Positions 52,647 to 63,368 are shown, counted from the first letter of the stretch. The stretch: 64,000 bases of DNA from Terriglobia bacterium (GCA_963748015.1 CAVVHE010000004.1:1600001-1664000); one strand, 5' to 3'. Notes: a model not told the origin generated them from the sequence alone. A program made the numbers and translations.

Positions 52647-54221
52647 ATGAAACGGGAAGACGGACGGGAAGGAGCGGTCTCGCGCCGCGGGGAGCGGGGG
52701 GCGACGCCCCTCCTCGCGTGGGCTTCGCTCGTCCTCGTCGCGGTGGTGCCTTACCTCGGCTCGCTGGCGAACCCCCTGATTCACGACGACCGGACGCTGC
52801 TCGACAACGCCTGGCTTCGCTCGGAGGCCTCCGTGGCTTCGGTGTTCGCCCACGACTACTGGCACGGAACGAGGCACGGGGGCTCCGACCTGTACCGGCC
52901 GCTGACCGTACTCTCGCTCGCATGGAACCTCCGCTTCGCTCCCGGCAGGGGCGCCTTCCATGCCGTGAACCTCCTCCTCCACGCGGGGACGGTCCTTCTC
53001 GCGGCGTTGGCGCTGCGGGAGGTGCTCCGCGTCCTCCGGCCGCCGCCACTCGGGCCGAGCGCCCACCGAGGGAGCGCGCTCCCCTTCGCGGCCTGGGCGG
53101 GGGCCGCCCTCTTCGCGGTCCACCCGCTCGGAAGCGAGGCCGTGCTGCTCGCGGTCGGCCGCGGCGAGCTGCTCGCGGCCGGCTTCGGCCTTGGCGCGTT
53201 CGTCCTCCTGGCGCGCGCCGACGAGCGCGACGGCTGGGGCGGCTGGCCGCTGGCCGCGGCGCTCGTCCTGTTCTTCCTGGCGCTCGCGTCCAAGGAAAGC
53301 GCCGCGGCATGGCTCGTCATCGGCACGGCGTGGTGGACCGCGCGCCGCGCCGCGGGGACTCCGCCGCGCGGGCTGCTCCTGGCGCGGGCGGCCGCGTTCG
53401 CGGCGGTGTTCGCCTCGTTTCTCCTGCTGCGGGGCTCGGCGGTGGGATTCGAGCCCCACACGCCTCCCGCCGTGGACAATCCCCTCGTCTCGACCGACAC
53501 GGCGACCCGCGTCGCGAACGCCGCGATCCTGCAGGGGAGGTACGGGCTCAAGATGCTCCTTCCCCTCCGGCTGACCACCGAGTACGGCCTCGACGAGACG
53601 CGCGCGATCCCCCTGCTCCCGTGGGGAGCCGCGGCGGCGCTCGGTCTCGCGGCGGCGTACCTCGCCGTGCTCGCCGCGCTCTGGTTCAAGGTCTCCCGTC
53701 CGGCCGCGTTCCTGTGGGTCTTCGCTCCCGCCGCGTTCGCGGTGACGGGGAACTTCGCTCTCCCCATCGGCACGATCTTCGGCGAGCGCCTCGCCTACCT
53801 CCCGCTCCTCGGCGCGTGCGGTCTCGCCGGGCTCGGCCTGGCCGCCATACCCGGTCCGGCGTGGCGGAGGTCGGTGGCCGCCGCGGCGATCCTGCTCCTC
53901 GCCTCGGCGAGGACGACGGTCCGGGCGGGCGATTTCCGCGGAGTGGTGGCGCTGCACGAGGCCACGGCCCGCGCGTCGCCGAATTCCGTCAAGGCGCTGA
54001 TCAACCTCGGGCGCACGCGTCTTCGGATCCAGAACCGCCCCGGGGAGGCCGCGGAGATCCTGGAGCGTGCCGCGACGCTGCTACCCGACTACTCTCGCAC
54101 GCTCCGGCTCCTGTCGGAGGCGTACGACGCGATGAACCGACCCGACCTGGCGGCCGAGTGGCGGCAGAAGGCGGAGGCGGCGGAGCGCCGCCTTCCGCAG
54201 GCCGCCGTCGAGCCGCCCTGA
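52647..54221 (+). CDS. TMTC-like GT-C membrane glycosyltransferase with C-terminal TPR
   Basis: HDD loop, YRPLT, LFAVHP..EAV..VGR, SKESA, ERLAYLP. Confidence 0.8.
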   Translation: MKREDGREGAVSRRGERGATPLLAWASLVLVAVVPYLGSLANPLIHDDRTLLDNAWLRSEASVASVFAHDYWHGTRHGGSDLYRPLTVLSLAWNLRFAPGRGAFHAVNLLLHAGTVLLAALALREVLRVLRPPPLGPSAHRGSALPFAAWAGAALFAVHPLGSEAVLLAVGRGELLAAGFGLGAFVLLARADERDGWGGWPLAAALVLFFLALASKESAAAWLVIGTAWWTARRAAGTPPRGLLLARAAAFAAVFASFLLLRGSAVGFEPHTPPAVDNPLVSTDTATRVANAAILQGRYGLKMLLPLRLTTEYGLDETRAIPLLPWGAAAALGLAAAYLAVLAALWFKVSRPAAFLWVFAPAAFAVTGNFALPIGTIFGERLAYLPLLGACGLAGLGLAAIPGPAWRRSVAAAAILLLASARTTVRAGDFRGVVALHEATARASPNSVKALINLGRTRLRIQNRPGEAAEILERAATLLPDYSRTLRLLSEAYDAMNRPDLAAEWRQKAEAAERRLPQAAVEPP

Positions 54222-54234
54222 GGAGGCCCCCGAC

Positions 54235-55629
54235 GTGACCACAGAGGGCAAGAGAACCGAGCGGGATTCCATGGGAGAGATGGAAGTTCCCGATGGCGCC
54301 TACTACGGCGCGTCCACGCAACGAGCGGTCCTCAACTTCCCGATCAGCGGGCTCCGGATGCCCAGGCGGTTCGTGCGGGCCCTCGGACTGATCAAGTGGG
54401 CCGCCGCGAAGGCGAACCGGGACCTCGGCCGGCTCGACCCGCGCATCGCCGGCGCGATCGAGGCCGCAGCGGAGGAGGTCGCCGGGGGACGCCACGACGC
54501 CGACTTCGTCGTCGACGTCTTCCAGACCGGCTCGGGGACCTCCACGAACATGAACGCGAACGAGGTCATCGCGAACCGCGCGGCGGAGCTCCTCGGCGCG
54601 CCGCGGGGCTCGCGGGGAACCGTCCATCCGAACGACCACGTCAACCTCTCGCAGTCGAGCAACGACGTGATCCCGACGGCCCTCCACCTCGCGGCGCTCC
54701 TCGCCCTGGACGAGGTCCTCGAGCCGGCGGTGCGCGGCCTCAAGGGCGACCTCGAGGCGAAGTCGCGCGAGACGTGGGACGTGATCAAGACCGGGAGAAC
54801 GCACCTCCAGGACGCGACGCCGATCCGGATGGGCCAGGTCTTCAGGGGGTACGCCGACCAGATGGACCTCGCGCTGCGCCGCCTCGTCCACGCCCGCGAG
54901 GAGCTGGCCGCGGTCGCTCTCGGGGGAACGGCGGTCGGCACTGGCGTCAACGGCCATCCGGAGTTCGCCGGACGCGTGTGCGCCCAGGTGTCGGCCTGGA
55001 CCGGCGTTTCGATCCGCGAGACCTCGCACCACTTCCAGGCGCAGGCCACGCTCGACGCCGCCCTTACCGCCTCGGCCATGGTCCGGACGGTCGCCGTGAG
55101 CCTCCTCAAGATCGCGAACGACGTGAGGTGGCTGGCGTCGGGGCCCCGGTGCGGTATCGGAGAGTTGGCGATCCCGGAAGTGCAGCCGGGCAGCTCGATC
55201 ATGCCGGGGAAGGTGAACCCCGTGATCGCCGAGGCGCTGATCCAGGCCGCGGCCGAGTCGATCGCCGCCGATCTGGCCGTGCTGCAGGCCGCCGAGTGGA
55301 GCTTCTTCGAGCTGAACACCATGATGCCCCTCGCCGCCCTGCGGCTCGTGACCGGCATCGAGATCCTCGGGGCCGCCGCCGCGAACTTCGGCGAGAGGTG
55401 CGTGCGCGGCCTGCGAGCCACCGGCCGCGGCCCGGAGATGGTGGAGCGCGGGCTCGCCACCGTGACGGGGTTGGCACCCCTGATCGGGTACGACGAGGCC
55501 GCCGCGATCGCGCACGAGGCGGCGCGCTCCGGACGCACCGTGCGCGAGGTGGCGGCGGAGACCACCTCGCTCACCAAGGAGCAGCTCGACGCCGCCCTCG
55601 ACCCGTTCCGGATGACCGAGCCGGGCTAG
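54235..55629 (+). CDS. fumC: Class II fumarate hydratase
   Basis: RTERDSMG, QTGSGTSTNMN, GRTHLQDA, GSSIMPGKVNP. Confidence 0.93.
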   Translation: MTTEGKRTERDSMGEMEVPDGAYYGASTQRAVLNFPISGLRMPRRFVRALGLIKWAAAKANRDLGRLDPRIAGAIEAAAEEVAGGRHDADFVVDVFQTGSGTSTNMNANEVIANRAAELLGAPRGSRGTVHPNDHVNLSQSSNDVIPTALHLAALLALDEVLEPAVRGLKGDLEAKSRETWDVIKTGRTHLQDATPIRMGQVFRGYADQMDLALRRLVHAREELAAVALGGTAVGTGVNGHPEFAGRVCAQVSAWTGVSIRETSHHFQAQATLDAALTASAMVRTVAVSLLKIANDVRWLASGPRCGIGELAIPEVQPGSSIMPGKVNPVIAEALIQAAAESIAADLAVLQAAEWSFFELNTMMPLAALRLVTGIEILGAAAANFGERCVRGLRATGRGPEMVERGLATVTGLAPLIGYDEAAAIAHEAARSGRTVREVAAETTSLTKEQLDAALDPFRMTEPG

Positions 55630-55711
55630 GAGCGCCGGGTAGCCGGTTCGGCGCGCCCCGCCGGCCGCGGCCCGTGGTGGCCGGCGCCGACGGGGCAGCC
55701 TCCGCCGCGGA

Positions 55712-57145
55712 TCAGCTGGACGGAGCCACGTTCTGGTTGAGACGGAACAGGTTCCCCGGATCGTACCTCGCCTTGAGCTTCGCGAGACGGTCGTAGTTGC
55801 GCCCGTAGGCCCCCGCGCGTACGCGCCCCGCCTCGTCCTCGGGCATGAAGTTCACGTACACGCCCCCCGTCGCGAACGGCGCGGCCGCGTCGTAGAAAGC
55901 GCGCGCCCAGGCGATGCACGCGGCATCCTGCGACGGCTCGCTCCACCGGGTGTGGACGTTGATCACGAACTGCACGTCGCGGTGCGGGTAGGCCGTCGCC
56001 CCGGCCGGGACGCGGTTGATCGCGCCTCCGAGATTCGCGATGAAGATCTCGCACTCCGGGGACGGAAGGCGGCGAACGGCGTCGAGCAGCGCGTCGAGCA
56101 GGCCGTCCTGAAGCTCGAGGAAATCGTGAGACTTCCAGTAGTTGCGCCGTCCTGGCGTCAGGAGCGGGTCGAACGCCGACTGCCAGCCCACGAACGGGTG
56201 CGGGCCGACGACGTCGGCGATCGGCTTCCCGATCGCGCGGAAGGGCGCCGCCGCCTTCTCGCCCGAAGCGATGTCCCCCGCGTGGCACAGCGCGAGGACG
56301 ACGACTTCCGTGCCGTGGACCTCCGGCGGCAGGAAGGGAAGCGGCGGGGCCTTGCGCAGCACGACCCAGCAGGTCATCCCCTCCGGGGCCCTCGCGACCA
56401 GCTCGCGGTACGCGCGAAGCACTTCGCGGGCCTCCGAGAACGGGTGCACGATCAGCCCCGCGACGACCTCCGGGCCGACGGGGTGGAGACGGAACTCGAA
56501 CGAGGTCACGACGCCGAGATTCCCTCCCCCTCCGCGTATCCCCCAGAACAGGTCGGGGTTCTCCTTCTCGCTCGCGTGCAGGAGCGCGCCGTCCGCCGTC
56601 ACGACGTCCGCCGCGAGAAGGTTGTCCGCGGTCAGGCCGTAGGTGCGGCTGAGCCAGCCGAATCCTCCCCCGAGCGTCAGCCCGGCTATCCCCGTCGTCG
56701 AGTTGATCCCCACCGGCGTCGCGAGGCCGAAGGCCTGGCACTCGCGGTCGACGTCGCCGAGCGTGGCGCCGGGCTCGACGCGCGCGGTGCGGGCCGAGGG
56801 ATCCACCCGGACCGAGCGCAACAGCGACAGGTCGATCATCAGCCCGCCGTCGCAGACCGCGTTCCCCGCGATGTTGTGCCCGCCGCTTCGCACCGCGAGC
56901 AGCAGCCGGTGCTCCTTCGCCAGCTTCACGCCGCGGATCACGTCCGCGGTGCCCGCCGCCCGGAGAACGGCCGCCGGGCGCTTGTCGATCATGGCGTTCC
57001 AGATGGTGCGGGCGTCCTCGTAGCCCGCGTCTCCGGGAAAGCAAAGAGAACCGCGGAGTTGCTCGCCAAGGGCACGAAGCGTCTCTACCGGGACCACCGC
57101 CGTCCCGCCGTCGCAATTCCTGAATGTCGTGCTCGTCATGTCCAT
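55712..57145 (-). CDS. FAD-binding oxidoreductase, berberine-bridge-enzyme-like
   Basis: RSGGHN, GLTLGGGFG, LFWGIRGGGGN, YVNF, K.RYDP.NLFR.NQN. Confidence 0.92.
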   Translation of the reverse strand: MDMTSTTFRNCDGGTAVVPVETLRALGEQLRGSLCFPGDAGYEDARTIWNAMIDKRPAAVLRAAGTADVIRGVKLAKEHRLLLAVRSGGHNIAGNAVCDGGLMIDLSLLRSVRVDPSARTARVEPGATLGDVDRECQAFGLATPVGINSTTGIAGLTLGGGFGWLSRTYGLTADNLLAADVVTADGALLHASEKENPDLFWGIRGGGGNLGVVTSFEFRLHPVGPEVVAGLIVHPFSEAREVLRAYRELVARAPEGMTCWVVLRKAPPLPFLPPEVHGTEVVVLALCHAGDIASGEKAAAPFRAIGKPIADVVGPHPFVGWQSAFDPLLTPGRRNYWKSHDFLELQDGLLDALLDAVRRLPSPECEIFIANLGGAINRVPAGATAYPHRDVQFVINVHTRWSEPSQDAACIAWARAFYDAAAPFATGGVYVNFMPEDEAGRVRAGAYGRNYDRLAKLKARYDPGNLFRLNQNVAPSS

Positions 57146-57280
57146 ACTCCTCCACGTGACACGGGGTCGGAAAGCACGCCGCCGGCGTGCGAATAATGGA
57201 CACAAACTGTCATGTTTTGGAGACTACGCCCGGTGGGGCGGCCCGTCAAGAAAGCCGGAAGTGGTCGGGAAGCGGCGGCT

Positions 57281-58924
57281 TCAGCCTCGCGGCTTGGGGA
57301 ACAGGACCCCCGGAGCGAATCGCCACTCGGGGTCCAGGGCGGCCTTGATACCCCGCATCGCCTCGACCGCGCCGTCGCCGAGGAAGCGCCGGAGCATCTC
57401 CTGCTTGACCGCGCTCTTCCCCACGCCGTGCTCCGACAGGGGCGAGCCTCCTCGCCGCGCCGCCTCCTCCGCGAACTCGAGCAGCGCCTCGACGGCGAGG
57501 TGCGCCTCGGCGCTGGTTCGCGGCATCGCGTTCGGGTGCAGGTTCCCGTCGGACACGTGCCCCCAGATCGCGAACTCCAGGCCGCGGCGCGCGAAACCGT
57601 CCTCGTAGATCGGGATCATCTCGGCGAGGCGATCGAACGGGACGATCAGGTCCCCGCCGACCTTCTTCGCTCCGGGGTCGTCGAGGCGCCGGCTCGCGAG
57701 GATCTCGTTCACGCGCTTCGGCACGGCCTCGCGGAACTCGTGCAGCGCCTCGCGCCTCGCCTGGTCTTCCGGAAACGCGGCCTCGAGGGTCTCGAGGGCT
57801 CCGTGCCTCGAGAGGATTCGCAGGAGCCTCGGGATGGGAGCGTCGGGTGCTCCCGTCTCGTCCGCGAGGAACGTCTCGAACGCCTCCTGGGCCTCGTCGT
57901 TTCCGACGCGCTCCGGCAGCTCCATCTCGAACAGCAATCCCGCCCCCGCGCCCTCGGGGATGGCCACGCGCAGCTTCTTCGCGTCGCCGTGCTCGAGCAG
58001 CAGCGTCAGCGCCCGCCCGTCCACGAGCTCGATCGCGCGCACGTCGGGTCCGCGCGGATCGGCGGCCGCGCGTGCGGACATCGCGTCCCCCCTCAGGTCG
58101 GCGGAAATCGCGAGCAAGGCGTCGAGCCCGGCCGGGAAGACGAGGCCCGTCAGGACCGCCGGGGGGGCCGGTACGACGTCCACCGTGACATCCGTGATCA
58201 GCCCTAGAGTGCCCTCCGAGCCGACGAAGAGGTCCACGAGATCCAGCGGGTCGGCGGAGTGGTAGCCGGCGGAGATCTTCTTGAGGTCGGGGAGGCGCCA
58301 CCCGGGCACGGGCACCGTCAGGACGGACCCGTCCGAAAGACGAACGAGAAAGCGCTCCCCGCGCCGCGCGACGGCCTGCCCGCGCTCGAGCGCCAGCAGG
58401 TCGCCGTTCCAGAGCAGGACGCGCAATCCGCGAATCCACTGGCGCGTGACGCCGTACTTGAAGGTGGCCGACCCTCCCGCGTTCGTCGAGGCCGTGCCGC
58501 CGAGCATCGCCTCCTGGTAGGTCGGCACCGGAGGGTAGTAGAAGCCGCGCGAGGCCAACTCGCGCTGCAAGTCCTTGAGCCGCACCCCGGCGCCGGCCGA
58601 GACGCACGCCCCCCCGGGGTAGCGCTCGATCGGGCCGATCCCGTCGAGCTTCTCGACCGACAGGACGATCTCGCCGGAGGGCACGGCACCCCCGGTCAGC
58701 GACGAGCGCGCCGCCTGCGGGAGCACCGCGACGCCCTGCCCCGCGGTCGCTCGCAGGAACGCCGCGGCCTCGCCCTCGCTCGACGGCCGGAGGAGCCCCC
58801 CAGCCCGGCCCGGCGGGTTGCCGGAGGCGTCCTCGAGGTAGGCCTCGAGGATCGAGGGATCCGTGACCGGCTCCGGAAAGGGAACCTCTCGCGGAGCAGA
58901 CGCCACAACGAGCGGATCGGCCAT
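57281..58924 (-). CDS. FAD-linked oxidase (D-lactate dehydrogenase/GlcD family)
   Basis: SLTGGAVP, GG..STNAGG, GSEGTLG, GHVSDGNLH, SEHGVG, KAALDP. Confidence 0.88.
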   Translation of the reverse strand: MADPLVVASAPREVPFPEPVTDPSILEAYLEDASGNPPGRAGGLLRPSSEGEAAAFLRATAGQGVAVLPQAARSSLTGGAVPSGEIVLSVEKLDGIGPIERYPGGACVSAGAGVRLKDLQRELASRGFYYPPVPTYQEAMLGGTASTNAGGSATFKYGVTRQWIRGLRVLLWNGDLLALERGQAVARRGERFLVRLSDGSVLTVPVPGWRLPDLKKISAGYHSADPLDLVDLFVGSEGTLGLITDVTVDVVPAPPAVLTGLVFPAGLDALLAISADLRGDAMSARAAADPRGPDVRAIELVDGRALTLLLEHGDAKKLRVAIPEGAGAGLLFEMELPERVGNDEAQEAFETFLADETGAPDAPIPRLLRILSRHGALETLEAAFPEDQARREALHEFREAVPKRVNEILASRRLDDPGAKKVGGDLIVPFDRLAEMIPIYEDGFARRGLEFAIWGHVSDGNLHPNAMPRTSAEAHLAVEALLEFAEEAARRGGSPLSEHGVGKSAVKQEMLRRFLGDGAVEAMRGIKAALDPEWRFAPGVLFPKPRG

Positions 58925-59026
58925 GCAGGGGCCCTCGCGCGCGGTCGCGGGAGACGGGGCGCGCCACGCGCCCCGTCCGGTCATGGTCGGGAGTTCCGGC
59001 GCGCGAGTCAAGGGCGCGGAACGACG

Positions 59027-59401
59027 TCAGGCCGGCCGCGTCCTCGCGAGGCGGACGATTCCCCAGACGAGCGCGCCGCCGAGCAGGAGCGGCAACACGA
59101 GGAAGAGAATCGCCACGCCGAGCACCAGGGCCGGCACCAGCAGGAGGCCGCCCGCCAGCACGACCATTCCCGCGACCAGACCCGCGATGCCGAGGCCCAC
59201 GCCGATCAGGGCTCCCGCGATCTTGAAGGGAAGGAACAGGATCTTGAACGCGACCTTCAGGACCAGCGCCACGAGAAGAAGCGGAAGGAAGATCGCGAGA
59301 CCGAACAGAAGCATGCCACCCAGCATCAGGGCGACCATCGACGTCCACCTCCGGCCGGCGGGACGAGCCCGGATGGGCACGCGCTCCCGGCCCCACACCA
59401 T
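59027..59401 (-). CDS. Small hydrophobic membrane protein
   Basis: Long hydrophobic stretches; start uncertain. Confidence 0.6.
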   Translation of the reverse strand: MVWGRERVPIRARPAGRRWTSMVALMLGGMLLFGLAIFLPLLLVALVLKVAFKILFLPFKIAGALIGVGLGIAGLVAGMVVLAGGLLLVPALVLGVAILFLVLPLLLGGALVWGIVRLARTRPA

Positions 59402-59439
59402 GAGATACGGCTATCGGGGCCCCGGGTTCCCGGATCCCG

Positions 59440-61365
59440 TTGACGGAACCCCCGGGTCGGCGTACAGGGTATGCGGAGATTGGCGCCGGACGGCGCCCGC
59501 TCGTGGAGGAACGCGTGCGCCTACGTCGCTCGGTACCGGTCCTGCTTGCCCTGGCGCTTCTGGCGGGTTCCTCCGCGACGGCGGTCGCGGCGGCATCGGA
59601 CGCCCCCCTGTCCCCCGACGCGAAGATCGCCCCCTGGCTGCTCGACCGCCTCGCGGCCTCCGGCGCCGACTCGTTCCTCGTGCTGTTCGACGGCCCCGAG
59701 TCCATTCGCTCCGCGATCCGGACGGCGCGGCGTGGCGACCGCTCCGCGATGGGGGTCTACGACGTCCTGCGCGTCCGGGCCCGATCCTCGCAGGGGGCGG
59801 TTCGCGATTGGCTCGGCGCGAAGGGGATCCCCTTCCGGCCGCTCTACATCGTGAACGGTCTCGAGGTGTCGGGCAGCCTGGAGCTGGCCCGCGCGATCGC
59901 CGCGCGCTCCGAGGTGGCGAGGATCGTGGGCAACCCGGTGGTCCGCGGGATCGAGGGCTCGGACCCGGTGGTCCTCCTCTCGTGCGGCCTCCCCTACGGG
60001 GTATCGGCGATCCGCGCGAACCAGGTGTGGACCCAGGACGGCGCTCGCGGCCAGGGAATCGTGGTCGCCTCCGCGGACACGGGCGTCCAGTGGGACCACC
60101 CGGCGATCGTCGCAGCGTACCGCGGGTGGAGCGCCGGATCGGCAAGCCACGACTACAACTGGCACGACGCGATCTCGGACCTGGCGGAGCCCCTCGACGA
60201 CCACGGCCACGGAACGCACACGACGGGGACGATGGTGGGGGACAACGGCGCCGGCGAGACGATCGGCGTCGCGCCGCAGGCACGCTGGATCGCTTGCAGG
60301 AACATGGACCATGGCGCCGGCCGGCCGTCGACGTACCTCGAATGCAATCAGTTCTTCCTGGCGCCTTACCCGCACGGCGGCGACCCGGAGGCGGACGGCG
60401 ACCCTTCCCGGGCCCCCGACGTGATCAACAACTCGTGGGGTTGTCCCCCGTCCGAGGGATGCGACCCGCTCGTCCTGGAGGACAGCTTCGCGGCGCTGGA
60501 GGCGGCGGGCATCCTCCCCGTTGCGGCGGCGGGCAACAGCGGTCCCAGCTGCTCGACGGTCAGCGACCCGCCGCCGATCTACCAGGCGTCCTTCGTGGCC
60601 GGCGCCACGAACTCCTCGAAAACTCTCGCGAGCTTCTCGTCGCGCGGGCCGGTGGTCGTCGACGGCAGCAACCGGCTCCGGCCGGACGTCGTCGCGCCCG
60701 GTGTCGGCGTCTGCTCGGCCTACCCGCCCGGCGCCTACGCGAGCTCCAGCGGGACGAGCATGGCCAGCCCCCACACGGCGGGCGCGGCCGCGCTCCTCTG
60801 GTCGGCGCGACCGCAGCTCAAGAACCTGATCGGGATCACCCGCTGCACGCTGAGCCGTTCGGCGAACCCGGCGGTGACGCTTTCCGCGCCTCAAACGTGC
60901 GGGGACACCCCCACGACGACCCTTCCCAACAACATGTTCGGATGGGGGCAGGTGGACGCGTACGCCGCCGTGCACTTCGGACCCGACGCCGACGTCGACG
61001 GGATCGCCGACCCCTGCGATTGCGCCCCCGCCGACTCCGGCGCCTACGACGCTCCCCGCGAGATCGCGCACCTCGAGGTCGCGGATGCCGCCACGGTGCT
61101 CTGGGACTCCGCTTCCCACGAGGCCGGCGCCGGCACCGTGTACGACCTCGTCCGGGGCACGCTCCAGGAGCTGATGGCCGCGGGGAGCATCGCCGGCGCG
61201 GGCTGCGTCGCTTCCGCGACCTCCGCGACCACGTTCTCCGAGACGCTCACGCCGGCGCCGGACGAGGGCTTCTACTACGTGGTCCGCGGACGCAACGCCT
61301 GCGGCACCGGCACCTGGGGCGACTCCTCGCCCGGCACCCCGCGCACCCACGCCGACTGCCCCTGA
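59440..61365 (+). CDS. S8 subtilisin-like serine peptidase (bacillopeptidase F-like) with a C-terminal FN3-like module
   Basis: ADTGV, HGHGTHTTG, NNSWG, AAGNSG, GTSMASPH; signal peptide. The true start is probably near 59515. Confidence 0.92.
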   Translation: MTEPPGRRTGYAEIGAGRRPLVEERVRLRRSVPVLLALALLAGSSATAVAAASDAPLSPDAKIAPWLLDRLAASGADSFLVLFDGPESIRSAIRTARRGDRSAMGVYDVLRVRARSSQGAVRDWLGAKGIPFRPLYIVNGLEVSGSLELARAIAARSEVARIVGNPVVRGIEGSDPVVLLSCGLPYGVSAIRANQVWTQDGARGQGIVVASADTGVQWDHPAIVAAYRGWSAGSASHDYNWHDAISDLAEPLDDHGHGTHTTGTMVGDNGAGETIGVAPQARWIACRNMDHGAGRPSTYLECNQFFLAPYPHGGDPEADGDPSRAPDVINNSWGCPPSEGCDPLVLEDSFAALEAAGILPVAAAGNSGPSCSTVSDPPPIYQASFVAGATNSSKTLASFSSRGPVVVDGSNRLRPDVVAPGVGVCSAYPPGAYASSSGTSMASPHTAGAAALLWSARPQLKNLIGITRCTLSRSANPAVTLSAPQTCGDTPTTTLPNNMFGWGQVDAYAAVHFGPDADVDGIADPCDCAPADSGAYDAPREIAHLEVADAATVLWDSASHEAGAGTVYDLVRGTLQELMAAGSIAGAGCVASATSATTFSETLTPAPDEGFYYVVRGRNACGTGTWGDSSPGTPRTHADCP

Positions 61366-61417
61366 CCCCCGCCGGCTTTGAGCGGGCCGTCAGAGAGGTC
61401 GAAGCTCGCCGATCCAC

Positions 61418-61498
61418 CCCGCTCGGACTCGGCTGCACTGGTTCGTAGCCGGCCCTTTTCCGGGCCGGCGAGAACCGGTGCAGCCGAGTCCGAGCGGG
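61418..61498 (+). repeat. Intergenic hairpin repeat, copy 6
   Basis: 27-nt arms around GTAGCCGGCCC-TTTTCC-GGGCCGGCGA. Confidence 0.9.
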
Positions 61499-61516
61499 TG
61501 ACGATTACGAGCACGA

Positions 61517-61570
61517 GGCCGAAGACGGACGCAAACGGCCTTTTCCGGGCCGGCGAGAACGCATTCGGCC
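61517..61570 (+). repeat. Intergenic hairpin repeat, copy 7 (degenerate)
   Basis: GCAAACGGCC-TTTTCC-GGGCCGGCGA-GAACGCATTCGGCC. Confidence 0.75.
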
Positions 61571-61626
61571 AAGGGCGAGCCGAGGACCTGCCTCACCGAA
61601 GCCGAACGCATTCGGCCGAGGGCGGG

Positions 61627-63153
61627 CTACAGGTCGAACTTGACCGCCTGCGCGAGCGGAAGCTCGCGGCTCCAGTTGATGGTGTTGGTCTGCCGGCGCA
61701 TGTAGGCCTTCCAGGAGTCGGAGCCGGATTCCCGGCCGCCCCCGGTGTCCTTCTCGCCGCCGAACGCGCCGCCGATCTCGGCCCCCGACGTCCCGATGTT
61801 CACGTTCGCGATGCCGCAATCGCTCCCGAGGTGGCTCAGGAACGTCTCGGCGGAGATCAGGCTCGTCGTGAAGATCGCCGAGGACAGCCCCTGCGGGACG
61901 TCGTTGTGGAGCGCGATCGCCTCGTCGAGGGTCTCGAACTCGAAAACGTAGAGGATCGGGGCGAACGTCTCGTCCTTCGCGATCTCGAGGTCCTTGTGGG
62001 CCTTCACGATCGTCGGCTTCACGAAGTACCCCGGCCGGTCCACCTTCTTGCCGCCGCACAGCACGGCGCCGCCTTCTTTCTTGGCCCGTTCCAGGGCCGC
62101 CATCATGGCGTCCACCGCCTCGGCATCGATCAGCGGTCCCATCAGGGTCTTCGCGTCCAGCGGGTCGCCGATCCGGACTTGGCCGTAGGCCTTGACGAGC
62201 CGGTCGGTCAGCTCCTTGGCGATCCCCTTCTGGATGATCACCCGGCGCGTCGAGGTGCAGCGCTGCCCCGCGGTGCCCACCGCGCCGAACAGGATCGCCC
62301 GCACGGCGAGGTCGAGGTCCGCGTCGTCCGTCACGACGATCGCGTTGTTCCCGCCGAGCTCGAGGATCGTCCGGCCGAGCCGCTCGCCCACGACCGTCGC
62401 GATCCGGCGTCCCATGCGGCAGGAGCCGGTGGCCGAGATCAGGGGGATCCGCCGGTCGTGGAGCATGAGCTCCCCGACGTCCTTGCCGCGGCCGATCACG
62501 AGATTGAAGACTCCTTCGAGGCCGTTCCGCTGCATCACGTCGTTGCAGATGTTCTGCACCGCGACGGCGGTGAGCGGCGTCTTCGACGACGGCTTCCAGA
62601 TCATGGTGTCGCCGCAGACCGCCGCGATCGCCGCGTTCCACGCCCAGACGGCCACGGGGAAGTTGAACGCGCTGACGATCCCGACGGCGCCGAGGGGATG
62701 CCACTGCTCGTACATCCGGTGCATCGGGCGCTCGGAGTGCATCGTGAGGCCGTACAGCTGGCGGGAGAGGCCGACGGCGAAGTCGCAGATGTCGATCATC
62801 TCCTGAACCTCGCCGAGCCCCTCGGAGAGGATCTTCCCCGCCTCGAGCGACACGAGGCGGCCCAGGTTCTCCCTGTGCTTCCTCAGCTCGTCGCCGAGCT
62901 GCCGCACGATCTCGCCGCGCTTCGGGGCGGGCATCATCCGCCAGGTCGCGAACGCCCGGTGCGCGGCGGCGGCCACCCGCTCGTAGTCCTCCGCCGTGGC
63001 CTGCAGCACCTCCGCGAGCGGCTCGCCGGTCGACGGGTTGACGGACAGGAGCTTGGGACCACGGGTTTCGATCCAGGTCCCCGTGGAGGCGCCGGGGCTT
63101 GTCTTGCGGACTCTGAGCGCTTTGAGCACGGACGCGGCCGTCATCGTCGTCAT
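61627..63153 (-). CDS. Aldehyde dehydrogenase, ALDH7/piperideine-6-carboxylate dehydrogenase-like
   Basis: SAFNFPVAVWAWN, ELGGNN, GQRCTS, GAEIGGAFGGEK.TGGGRESG. Confidence 0.93.
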   Translation of the reverse strand: MTTMTAASVLKALRVRKTSPGASTGTWIETRGPKLLSVNPSTGEPLAEVLQATAEDYERVAAAAHRAFATWRMMPAPKRGEIVRQLGDELRKHRENLGRLVSLEAGKILSEGLGEVQEMIDICDFAVGLSRQLYGLTMHSERPMHRMYEQWHPLGAVGIVSAFNFPVAVWAWNAAIAAVCGDTMIWKPSSKTPLTAVAVQNICNDVMQRNGLEGVFNLVIGRGKDVGELMLHDRRIPLISATGSCRMGRRIATVVGERLGRTILELGGNNAIVVTDDADLDLAVRAILFGAVGTAGQRCTSTRRVIIQKGIAKELTDRLVKAYGQVRIGDPLDAKTLMGPLIDAEAVDAMMAALERAKKEGGAVLCGGKKVDRPGYFVKPTIVKAHKDLEIAKDETFAPILYVFEFETLDEAIALHNDVPQGLSSAIFTTSLISAETFLSHLGSDCGIANVNIGTSGAEIGGAFGGEKDTGGGRESGSDSWKAYMRRQTNTINWSRELPLAQAVKFDL

Positions 63154-63262
63154 GGGTTATCTCCGACGCGGAATGCGGTAATCCGCCGGCTTTCGATGAA
63201 AGGTGCAGTCTAGCAAACGGCGGGCCGCGCGTCAGGGCGGCGCCTCCCGTGCGCGTCGAGCC

Positions 63263-63336
63263 GCTCGGGCCGAGGCGGGAGTGCCGCAGACAGCCCTTTT
63301 TCGGGCTGGAGAGGACACTCCCGCCTCGGCCCGAGC
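63263..63336 (+). repeat. Intergenic hairpin repeat, copy 8
   Basis: Core GCAGACAGCCC-TTTTTC-GGGCTGGAGA; arms related to those of copy 5. Confidence 0.88.
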
Positions 63337-63368
63337 AGGTGGCATGGCATGGCTGCGGGGAGCCCACG

